Part shown: piece by piece, positions 56,924 to 64,000 of the stretch
Numbering within the stretch: position 1 is the first letter of the stretch
Layout: the number at the start of each line of letters is the position of its first letter
The notes under the pieces: model-generated
Seen by the model: only the letters and a program-made list of their open reading frames with translations
What the model was told of the DNA's origin: nothing
The model's database searches: none
Program-made: the position numbers and the translations under genes
Origin: Verrucomicrobiota bacterium
GTDB lineage: Bacteria; Verrucomicrobiota; Verrucomicrobiia; Opitutales; UBA953
Direction: 5' to 3'
Assembly (NCBI GenBank): GCA_041168485.1
Contig: JBEEKW010000008.1
Location: 563 to 64,562, forward strand
Length of the DNA: 64,000 nt

Positions 56924-58258
56924 ATGTCCCAACACCTTGACGATGAGCGGTCTCCGGCCGCGGTCTGGTGGGATAATTTCGCCAATTTCGCGTGGCGGAC
57001 GGATTGGACTCAGGTGGTCATTATCCTCTTCCTGAGCGGATTGGGGATTGTGGCGATCCAGTCGGCTGGAAGCGCCCGCGAGTCCACGTTCTACCGGTCC
57101 CAGATCGTCTTCGTCGTGATCGGTTGGCTGGCTTATTGGGCGGTATCGGCCCTCGATTATCGCCACATTCAGCGCTACGCGCGGCGCATCTATTTGGGTT
57201 GTCTGGCCATCTTGTTGCCGGTCTCGATCTGCGCCCTTTTGCATCAGGACCTCGGGTCTTTCATCCGCAGCATTAATGGGGCACGTCGCTGGATGGATTT
57301 CGGCCCGTTTTCGATTCAGCCTTCGGAGTTCGCCAAGATCGGCGTGCTGGTCTTGCTCGCGGCCATGCTGGCCCGTTCTCCGATTGGCTCCTTCCGTGCG
57401 ACTTGGCGTACCGTCTGCTGGTGTCTCGGGGCTGCCGCGGTCCCGTTTGTCTTGATTTTTGTGCAGCCAGACCTAGGTTCTGCCCTCATCTACCTGCCGC
57501 TCTCATTCATCCTGCTTTTCGTTGCTGGCCTGACTCACAGGTTCTTCCTGGTAGCTGGCGCGGTCGCCTTATTGCTGGTGGGGGTAGTGGCGCTGGATAT
57601 GCGCGAATACGCTGCAAAAATTGACCAATACGCGAAGGCCAACCCCAGCTCCAAAGACCCGGTACGCGCCGTCCGCGGCGAGCATGAGGCCGAGGCTTGG
57701 TTCTTCCTGCTCAAGGACTACCAGCGCGAGCGCATTATGTCGTTCGTCGCTCCCGAGGTGATTGACCCTAAGGGTCTCGGTGTGACTTGGAACGTAAATC
57801 AGGCCGTCATCGCCGTCGGTCGCGGCGGTTTCAGTGGCCAAGGTATTGGCAATGGCACGCAGGCTCGCTTCGGCTACCTGCCAGAGGCCGCGGCCCATAA
57901 TGACTTTCTTTTTTCCGGGATGGCCGAGGAGATCGGCTTCACCGGTGGCTTCTTGGTGATTGGCGCATTTGTCCTGTTGTTCTGGCGCGTCGTGCGAACG
58001 GCGGCTCGGGCAGCGGATCGTTTTGGTTCCTTGCTCGCGATTGGCGCGGCGGTCGTGCTCGGCACGCACGTCGTGATTAATGTCGGCATGAATATCAACC
58101 TGATGCCCGTCACTGGGGTCCCCCTTCCTTTCCTTAGCTACGGAGGGTCTTTCGTTCTCAGCTGTTTCCTGCTCCTTGGACTAGTCCAGAGCGTTCACCG
58201 GCATTCGACCGGTGGCGGCGAAGGCGGAGGCTCTCCGGCAACCGGCTTAACCGCCTGA
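56924..58258 (+). CDS. rodA: SEDS-family peptidoglycan polymerase (RodA-like)
   Basis: The FtsW/RodA/SpoVE signature is present: FSIQPSEFAKIGVLVLLA, GTQARFGYLPEAAAHNDFLFSGMAEEIGF, PVTGVPLPFLSYGGS. It is not in a dcw context. Start taken at ATG 56924. Confidence 0.8.
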   Translation: MSQHLDDERSPAAVWWDNFANFAWRTDWTQVVIILFLSGLGIVAIQSAGSARESTFYRSQIVFVVIGWLAYWAVSALDYRHIQRYARRIYLGCLAILLPVSICALLHQDLGSFIRSINGARRWMDFGPFSIQPSEFAKIGVLVLLAAMLARSPIGSFRATWRTVCWCLGAAAVPFVLIFVQPDLGSALIYLPLSFILLFVAGLTHRFFLVAGAVALLLVGVVALDMREYAAKIDQYAKANPSSKDPVRAVRGEHEAEAWFFLLKDYQRERIMSFVAPEVIDPKGLGVTWNVNQAVIAVGRGGFSGQGIGNGTQARFGYLPEAAAHNDFLFSGMAEEIGFTGGFLVIGAFVLLFWRVVRTAARAADRFGSLLAIGAAVVLGTHVVINVGMNINLMPVTGVPLPFLSYGGSFVLSCFLLLGLVQSVHRHSTGGGEGGGSPATGLTA

Positions 58259-58263
58259 CCGAG

Positions 58264-59985
58264 ATGCCCGATAATAACGAACCCGAAGATATCAACGACG
58301 AGCTGCCCGAGGGCGGCGAACAGACTGCCCCGATTGACCAGCGAGAGCTGGCCGACGAGGCGGCGAAGCGGCGCAAGGAGCTCCCGCTCCTCCAGCGCAT
58401 CGTCAAACACTTCTCCAAGGACCGCGCGGTCTACCGAGAACTCGTGATCAACGCCGAGACGCTGGAGAAGCGCGTCGCGCTCCTCACCAACGGCGTCCTC
58501 GACAAGTTCGAGATCGAGCACAAGGGCGAGAACCGTATGGTCGGCGCGATCTTCAAGGGTCGTGTCCAGAACCTCGAAGGGGGCCTGAAGGCCGCCTTTG
58601 TGGATATCGGCCAGCCGAAGAACGCGTTCCTGCACTACTGGGATATGCTCCCCGCGGCCAACGACTCGCAGGTCGAGTTCATCCGCGACAACGAGTCCGC
58701 CGAGCAGAAGCAGCGCATGGCCCGTTACCAGGCCAAGGATATCCCGCAGCTCTTCCCAGCCGGCTCCGACATCGTCATCCAGGTCGTGAAGGATCAGATC
58801 GGTACCAAGGGCCCCCGCTCGACGACGAACATCGCGCTCCCTGGCCGCTATCTCGTGCTAATGCCGTCCAGCGGCGCGTGCGGCGTCTCCCGTAAGATCG
58901 AGGACCCGAAGGAGCGCGAACGCCTGAAGGACATCCTCCGCTCCCTAACCATCCCGGAAGGCATGGGCGTCATCATCCGCACCGCCGGCGAGGGCAAGCA
59001 GGCCCGCTGGTTCGTCCGCGACCTGCACATGCTGCTCAAGCGCTGGCAGGGTATCGTCGAGAAGATCAACGCCCCGGACCGCCGTCCCGTCCTGCTCTAC
59101 CAGGAGCCCGGCCTGATCGAGCGTACCGTCCGCGACTTCCTGACCGAGGAAGTCGACCGCATCCTCGTGGATAACCCTGAGGACTTCAAACTGGTCCAAG
59201 ATCTCGTCGGCGAAGTGTCGCCGCGCTCTCGTTCGCGTGTCGAGCTGTACGCTGACCCGATTCCCGTCTTCGAGCGTTACAACATCGAGCGCCAAATCGA
59301 GCAGCTCTTCCAGCGTCGTGTCCCGCTCCCGAGCGGCGGCGAGATCGTCATCGACGAGACGGAGGCCCTCACGGCCATCGACGTCAATACCGGCGGCCAT
59401 CGCGGTAAGGATGGTGCCAAGGACGGTAACTTCATCACCCAGGCGAATCTCGAGGCGGTCACCGAAGCCGCCCGCCAGATCAAGCTCCGCAACCTTGGCG
59501 GCCTCATCATGATCGACACGATCGACATGAAGAATCCGAAGGACCGGAAGAAGGTCTTCGACACCCTGCGCGACGCGATGGAGGACGACCGGGCCAAGCA
59601 CCAGATCCTGCCTATCTCCGCGCTCGGCGTGCTCCAGATGACGCGCCAGCGCCATACGGAGTCCAACACGACCTCGATGTACACGGCCTGCCCGCATTGC
59701 CAGGGGCGCGGCATCGTCAAGAACCCACGGACCGTCTCCGTCGAGATCCAACGCAAGCTCCTCAGCGTCATTCGTCGCTTGCGCGAGTCTGTTGGCCCCG
59801 AGCGGGAGATTGAGATTAACATCCTACTGCACCCGGTGAACCTTGAGCGCATCATCACGGAGGACCGCGAATTCTTCCGCGACCTGATGAAGTCCTGCAA
59901 GGTCCGCCTAGGTACCAAGCCTGACCCGACCTACAGCATCGAAGCATTCAAGCTCTTCGACGGCTCCGGCAAGGAACTGCGCTAA
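58264..59985 (+). CDS. rng: RNase E/G-family ribonuclease (short, RNase G-like; no C-terminal scaffold)
   Basis: S1 domain VGAIFKGRVQNLEGGLKAAFVDIG. Catalytic-domain motifs TEALTAIDVNTG and GGLIMIDTIDM, and the Zn-link CPHCQGRG. Confidence 0.85.
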   Translation: MPDNNEPEDINDELPEGGEQTAPIDQRELADEAAKRRKELPLLQRIVKHFSKDRAVYRELVINAETLEKRVALLTNGVLDKFEIEHKGENRMVGAIFKGRVQNLEGGLKAAFVDIGQPKNAFLHYWDMLPAANDSQVEFIRDNESAEQKQRMARYQAKDIPQLFPAGSDIVIQVVKDQIGTKGPRSTTNIALPGRYLVLMPSSGACGVSRKIEDPKERERLKDILRSLTIPEGMGVIIRTAGEGKQARWFVRDLHMLLKRWQGIVEKINAPDRRPVLLYQEPGLIERTVRDFLTEEVDRILVDNPEDFKLVQDLVGEVSPRSRSRVELYADPIPVFERYNIERQIEQLFQRRVPLPSGGEIVIDETEALTAIDVNTGGHRGKDGAKDGNFITQANLEAVTEAARQIKLRNLGGLIMIDTIDMKNPKDRKKVFDTLRDAMEDDRAKHQILPISALGVLQMTRQRHTESNTTSMYTACPHCQGRGIVKNPRTVSVEIQRKLLSVIRRLRESVGPEREIEINILLHPVNLERIITEDREFFRDLMKSCKVRLGTKPDPTYSIEAFKLFDGSGKELR

Positions 59986-60007
59986 GCCGACTGGACCTAG
60001 GCCATCG

Positions 60008-60041
60008 AGGCCTCCGGGTTCGCCCGGGGGCCTTTTTGTTT
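60008..60041 (+). terminator. Rho-independent terminator after rng; the T-tract overlaps the convergent ATPase stop codon
   Basis: AGGCCTCCGGG-ttcg-CCCGGGGGCCT followed by TTTTTGTTT. Confidence 0.8.
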
Positions 60042-61944
60042 ACCGGCGGGGGCGGTGGGCGAGGAGGCGCAGGCCGTTGAGGCAGACCACGATTGTGCTG
60101 CCTTCGTGGACGCTGATCGCCAAGGGCAGGGGGGCGCCGCGGAAGATCACGTAGGCGGCCATCCCGAGGGCGGCGCCGACTGAGATGAGGACGTTGAAGC
60201 GGATCGCCATGCGGGCGCTGCGGCTGAGTTCGATTGCGTCGACCAGACGGCCAATCCGGTCGTCGGTCAGGACGAGGTCGCTGGATTCCAAGGCAGCGTC
60301 GCTACCGCGGCCCCCCATCCCGATGGCGACGTCCGCGGCGGCCAGGCTGGGAGCGTCATTGACTCCGTCTCCCACCATCGCGACCACGTGGCCTTCGGCG
60401 GAGTAACGGCGGATGGCGGCCATCTTGGCGTCGGGCGTGAGCGCTGCGGCGTAGGATTGGATGCCGACTTGGCGCGCCGCGACGACGGCGGCTTCCTCGC
60501 GGTCCCCGGTGAGCATCACCGTGCGGATCTTGCGGGCGTGGAGGGCGGTCAAGGTCGAGCGGCTTTCATCGCGGATGCGATCGACCAGCGTGGCTCGGAC
60601 CGTGACCGTGCCGTCGGAGGCCCAGACTTCGCTGACGATCGCGCCTTCGGCCACTGTCGCGGGCGGCAGGGTGCCTCCGCCGACGAACTCGCGGGTGCCA
60701 ACGCTCCAGCGGGTGCCAGCGACGGTGCCGGAGACCCCTTGTCCGGGGGAATTGGAGAGGCCCTGGACCGGGAGCTGGCTCGCCCCTTCTTTAAGGCAGG
60801 CGCTCACCACGCCGGCGGCGAACGGGTGGGTGGTCGATGATTCCAGCGTGAGCAGGGCGCTAAGAGCACGCAGGCGACCCGGGCCTTCGGGGTATACCTC
60901 CAGGGCGGCCAGCTCGGGGATGCCGGCAGTCAGCGTGCCCGTCTTGTCGAAGCAGATACAATCGACATCGGCCAGGCGCTCCACGGCCGCACCGCCGCGG
61001 AAGAGGATGCCTTGGCGGGCACCCGCCGCGATGGCGGCCAGCACGGCGGAGGGCACGGAGAGGACGAGGGCGCAGGGGCTGAGCACGACGAGCAGCGTCA
61101 TCGCCCGATAGAGTGGGGAGGCCTCACGGACGCCGTCGGGAGCAGTGATCTGCAGGTAGAGGAAGAAGAGGGCTGAGGCGGAGAGCGTGAAGATAGCGTA
61201 GGCATCGCCCCACTTGTCGATGGCTCGCTGGGCTGGCGCCTTGCTGTCTTGGGCTTCACGGATCAGGCGCACGATGCGTTGTAGGGCGCTGTCTCGTTCC
61301 GCCCGGGTAACTTCGACGATCAGGCGGCCCCAAGAGTTGAGCGTACCCCCAGCGACATCGGATCCGGCCTGTTTAGGGGCGGGTTTTGCTTCGCCAGTGA
61401 GGTTGGACTCGTCCACGGCGCTCTCGCCGGAGAGGACTTTACCGTCCGCCGGTACCAGCTCGCCGGGTAGGATGGCGATGCGGTCGCCGGGGAGCAGGGC
61501 GGACACTGGCACTTCGGTTTCGGAGTCATCTGGACCCAGACGGCGGGCATGTTTCGGAGACTTGTCGAGGAGGGCGTCGATGGCGCCGCGCGTACGGTCC
61601 ATCGCGTAATGTTCGATGGCGCCGGCGGTCGAAAAGAGAAAAAGAAGGAGAGCACCCTCCCACTGGGCGCCGACGATCCAGGCACCGACCGCCACGACAA
61701 TCATCAGGAGGTGGACGTCGATCCGCCGCTCCCTCAGTGCCGCCCATCCGTCGATGGCGGCGTCCCATCCGCCCGCGACACAGGAGCCCGCGATGAGGAT
61801 GAGCGCCCAAACGCGGCCGGCATCGCCGAATTGATCCGCGACCAATGATAGCAGGCCTAATCCGCCGCTGACGGCGGCGAGGAAGGCGAGTTTTTGCCAC
61901 TCGCCCGGAGCTTCGTGTTCCGTTCCGTGCGCGCGTTCGCTCAT
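60040..61944 (-). CDS. Heavy-metal-translocating P1B-type ATPase with SPC transmembrane motif and no N-terminal HMA domain
   Basis: CFDKTGTLT, MLTGD, GDGVNDAP, TGE(A) and the TM motif LVVLSPCALVLSVP. Start taken at ATG 61944 (MSERAHG); upstream Met codons are possible. Confidence 0.85.
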   Translation of the reverse strand: MSERAHGTEHEAPGEWQKLAFLAAVSGGLGLLSLVADQFGDAGRVWALILIAGSCVAGGWDAAIDGWAALRERRIDVHLLMIVVAVGAWIVGAQWEGALLLFLFSTAGAIEHYAMDRTRGAIDALLDKSPKHARRLGPDDSETEVPVSALLPGDRIAILPGELVPADGKVLSGESAVDESNLTGEAKPAPKQAGSDVAGGTLNSWGRLIVEVTRAERDSALQRIVRLIREAQDSKAPAQRAIDKWGDAYAIFTLSASALFFLYLQITAPDGVREASPLYRAMTLLVVLSPCALVLSVPSAVLAAIAAGARQGILFRGGAAVERLADVDCICFDKTGTLTAGIPELAALEVYPEGPGRLRALSALLTLESSTTHPFAAGVVSACLKEGASQLPVQGLSNSPGQGVSGTVAGTRWSVGTREFVGGGTLPPATVAEGAIVSEVWASDGTVTVRATLVDRIRDESRSTLTALHARKIRTVMLTGDREEAAVVAARQVGIQSYAAALTPDAKMAAIRRYSAEGHVVAMVGDGVNDAPSLAAADVAIGMGGRGSDAALESSDLVLTDDRIGRLVDAIELSRSARMAIRFNVLISVGAALGMAAYVIFRGAPLPLAISVHEGSTIVVCLNGLRLLAHRPRR

Positions 61945-62136
61945 GACGTCATCCTGTCGTCGCGCATCGCGTCGGTCAACTGCTCGCACGGTCTCCGGTC
62001 GTATCGAATTCATCTTTACGGTGCGGCGCATGCACACATTTTTTACGCGTCGTCGGAGACGTTCCGGTGACATGAAAGTTTCCTCTTGCGCAAGCGCAGG
62101 TTATACCTATATATCTTATCAAGAGTTAACCGCAAC

Positions 62137-62535
62137 GTGACGAACCGAACCGAAACCCCGAGCGCAGAAAGCCTCATCACCGTGTCACTTCCCCCGAAGT
62201 TGCACTCTGAAGTGGTCGCCTTCCAGCATCGGTCCGGTTTGAGCACCTTGAGCGAAGTGATCCGTCACGCGCTCAACCGTTACGACGACTCCCGTCCTTC
62301 CCTGGAGACCACCCGGTCCCGCCAGGTTTCTTTCCGCGTACCGTCGGAGCTCCGTACTCGTATCACCCGCCAGGCGCGCAACGCCCGGGTGAGCGTGGGG
62401 CGAATCGTCAGGGTGGCGCTTCAGGCGCTGCCCTCAAACCCAACAACGATCCAAAAAAAGGACACACCTATGGCTAAAAAGAAGGCTGCTGCTAAGAAGA
62501 GCGCCAAGAAGGCCACCAAAGCTAAGAAGAAGTAA
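62137..62535 (+). CDS. Tandem ribbon-helix-helix (2x RHH) protein with Lys/Ala-rich histone-H1-like tail
   Basis: Repeat 1: ITVSLPPKLHSEVVAFQHRSGLSTLSEVIRHALNRY. Repeat 2: QVSFRVPSELRTRITRQARNARVSVGRIVRVALQAL. Tail: MAKKKAAAKKSAKKATKAKKK. Start uncertain: GTG 62137 is preferred over ATG 62086, which lies in an AT-rich promoter-like tract. Confidence 0.6.
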   Translation: MTNRTETPSAESLITVSLPPKLHSEVVAFQHRSGLSTLSEVIRHALNRYDDSRPSLETTRSRQVSFRVPSELRTRITRQARNARVSVGRIVRVALQALPSNPTTIQKKDTPMAKKKAAAKKSAKKATKAKKK

Positions 62536-62595
62536 TTCTTCCTAGTCTTTTCCGTCCCTCGGGGCGGATGGCGCCGGCACTCCCGGTTATAACAA

Positions 62596-62625
62596 GGACC
62601 CTCGCAAGGGGGTCCTTTTCTTTTC
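62596..62625 (+). terminator. Rho-independent terminator after the RHH gene
   Basis: GGACCC-tcgcaagg-GGGTCC followed by TTTTCTTTTCC. Confidence 0.8.
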
Positions 62626-62696
62626 CCCACCATGCCGACCAGCATATAGGCTTGAAACAGGCCCCCTGAACACGGTTTGTTATCTGTCTTCTTACT

Positions 62697-63950
62697 ATGA
62701 GCTCCCCTGCATCCGGCCGTATCACGATCGCCAACGGCAAACTGACCGTCCCTGATCATCCGGTCGTCCCCTTCATCGAAGGCGACGGCACTGGCCCGGA
62801 CATCTGGCGCGCCTCCGTCCGCGTCCTCGACGCCGCGGTCGCCAAGGCCTACGCCGGCAAGCGCAAGATCGAGTGGCTCGAGGTCCTCGCGGGCGAAAAG
62901 TCCTTCAAGGCGACCGGCGACTGGCTGCCTGAGGCGACGCTCACCGCCTTCCGTGACTATCTCGTCGGCATCAAGGGCCCGCTGACTACGCCGACCGGTG
63001 GCGGCATCCGTTCTCTCAACGTCGCCCTCCGTCAGCAGCTCGACCTCTACGTCTGCCTCCGCCCCGTCCAGTGGTTTACGGGCGTACCTTCTCCGGTGAA
63101 GAATCCTGGCAAGGTCAATATGGTGATCTTCCGCGAGAACACCGAGGACATCTACGCCGGCATCGATTTCGAAGCCGGTTCCGAGATCGCCCTCAAGACG
63201 CTCGACTTCATCAAGACGAACTTCCCGAAAGAGTTTAAGAAGATTCGTTTCGGTGCCGAACAGCCCGCCACCGTCGGCCTCGGCATCAAGCCAGTCTCCC
63301 GTCCGGGCTCCGAGCGCCTCATCCGTTCGGCCATCCAGTACGCCATCGAGAATAACCGCAAGTCGCTGACCCTCGTCCATAAGGGAAATATCATGAAGTA
63401 CACCGAAGGCGCTTTCATGAAGTGGGGCTACGACCTCGCCAAGAGCGAGTTTGGCGCCGAGGAAATCGACGGCGGACCCTGGTGCAAGATTCCCGAAGGT
63501 AAGCCGGGTGCCGGCCTGATCATCAAGGATGCGATTGCCGACATCACCCTGCAGCAGATCCTCACCCGCCCGACCGACTTCGATGTCATCGCGACCCTTA
63601 ATCTCAACGGTGACTACCTCTCTGATGCCCTCGCGGCTCAGGTCGGCGGCATCGGCATCGCCCCCGGCGGCAACATCAATTACCTCACCGGCCATGCGAT
63701 CTTCGAGGCCACGCACGGCACCGCTCCGAAGTACGCGAACAAGGACGTCGTCAATCCGGGTTCCGTGGTACTCTCGGGTGAGATGATGCTTCGCTACATG
63801 GGCTGGATTGAAGCGGCCGATCTCGTCCTCAAGGGACTCAACGGCGCGATTGGCGGTGGTCGCGTGACCTACGACTTCGCTCGTCAGATGCAGGGAGCCA
63901 CCGAGATCAAGTGCTCGGAGTTCGGCGACGCGATCATCGCATCGATGTAA
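62697..63950 (+). CDS. icd: NADP-dependent isocitrate dehydrogenase
   Basis: [28 protein letters not shown] and [10 protein letters not shown] motifs. 417 aa. Confidence 0.9.
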   Translation: MSSPASGRITIANGKLTVPDHPVVPFIEGDGTGPDIWRASVRVLDAAVAKAYAGKRKIEWLEVLAGEKSFKATGDWLPEATLTAFRDYLVGIKGPLTTPTGGGIRSLNVALRQQLDLYVCLRPVQWFTGVPSPVKNPGKVNMVIFRENTEDIYAGIDFEAGSEIALKTLDFIKTNFPKEFKKIRFGAEQPATVGLGIKPVSRPGSERLIRSAIQYAIENNRKSLTLVHKGNIMKYTEGAFMKWGYDLAKSEFGAEEIDGGPWCKIPEGKPGAGLIIKDAIADITLQQILTRPTDFDVIATLNLNGDYLSDALAAQVGGIGIAPGGNINYLTGHAIFEATHGTAPKYANKDVVNPGSVVLSGEMMLRYMGWIEAADLVLKGLNGAIGGGRVTYDFARQMQGATEIKCSEFGDAIIASM

Positions 63951-64000
63951 TCGGACCGGTTCGCCTCATAATCCGCACCACGCCGTTGGCGGCCCCTTGG

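Noticed and set aside
62421-63716. 431-aa minus-strand ORF opposite icd, and similar long antisense ORFs (e.g. 44506..45321 -, 19615..20721 -, 32869..34347 +, 47437..48411 +, 38662..39408 +)
   Set aside because: Each is antisense to a gene with clear family motifs and has the D/E/G/R/V/A-rich composition of shadow frames.

Overview
High-GC bacterial chromosomal window: hand counts give about 65-68% G+C in coding stretches. It is densely packed with roughly 55 protein genes and one tRNA, and is mostly core housekeeping. Recognisable genes are mfd (truncated at the left edge), fabV, a parA/soj-like ATPase, rpmB, dgkA, rpoZ, smpB, trmL, hemW, sufT, argS, metF, an OmpR/HK pair, fused gcvP, nth, pilD, aroE, lpxB, carboxynorspermidine dehydrogenase/decarboxylase, tRNA-Asp(GTC), proBA, ruvB, murA, rny, rodA, an RNase E/G homologue, a P1B ATPase and icd. 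Two DUF1080 proteins, a ~1400-aa PVC-type CxxCH heme-binding giant and mostly SD-poor starts suggest a Verrucomicrobiota/PVC origin (inference only). I found no transposase, integrase, CRISPR array, phage genes or recognisable defence genes, so I cannot point to a clear multi-gene novel system. Items worth a second look: (1) an Arg/Gly-rich disordered RGG-type protein between rny and murA; (2) a tandem ribbon-helix-helix protein with a histone-H1-like Lys/Ala tail, divergent from an SPC-type metal ATPase; (3) a ~49% GC islet with an orphan 4-TM protein fused onto the argS 3' end; (4) two elaborate intergenic repeat/palindrome elements; (5) a 310-bp ORF-free structured region bracketed by terminators; (6) a homopolymer frameshift splitting a secreted C-N hydrolase; (7) an OleC/OleD-like pair with a thioesterase; (8) an orphan ParA wedged between fabV and a cupin-like gene. 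Many ORF-track entries are antisense or off-frame shadows typical of high-GC DNA and were not called.
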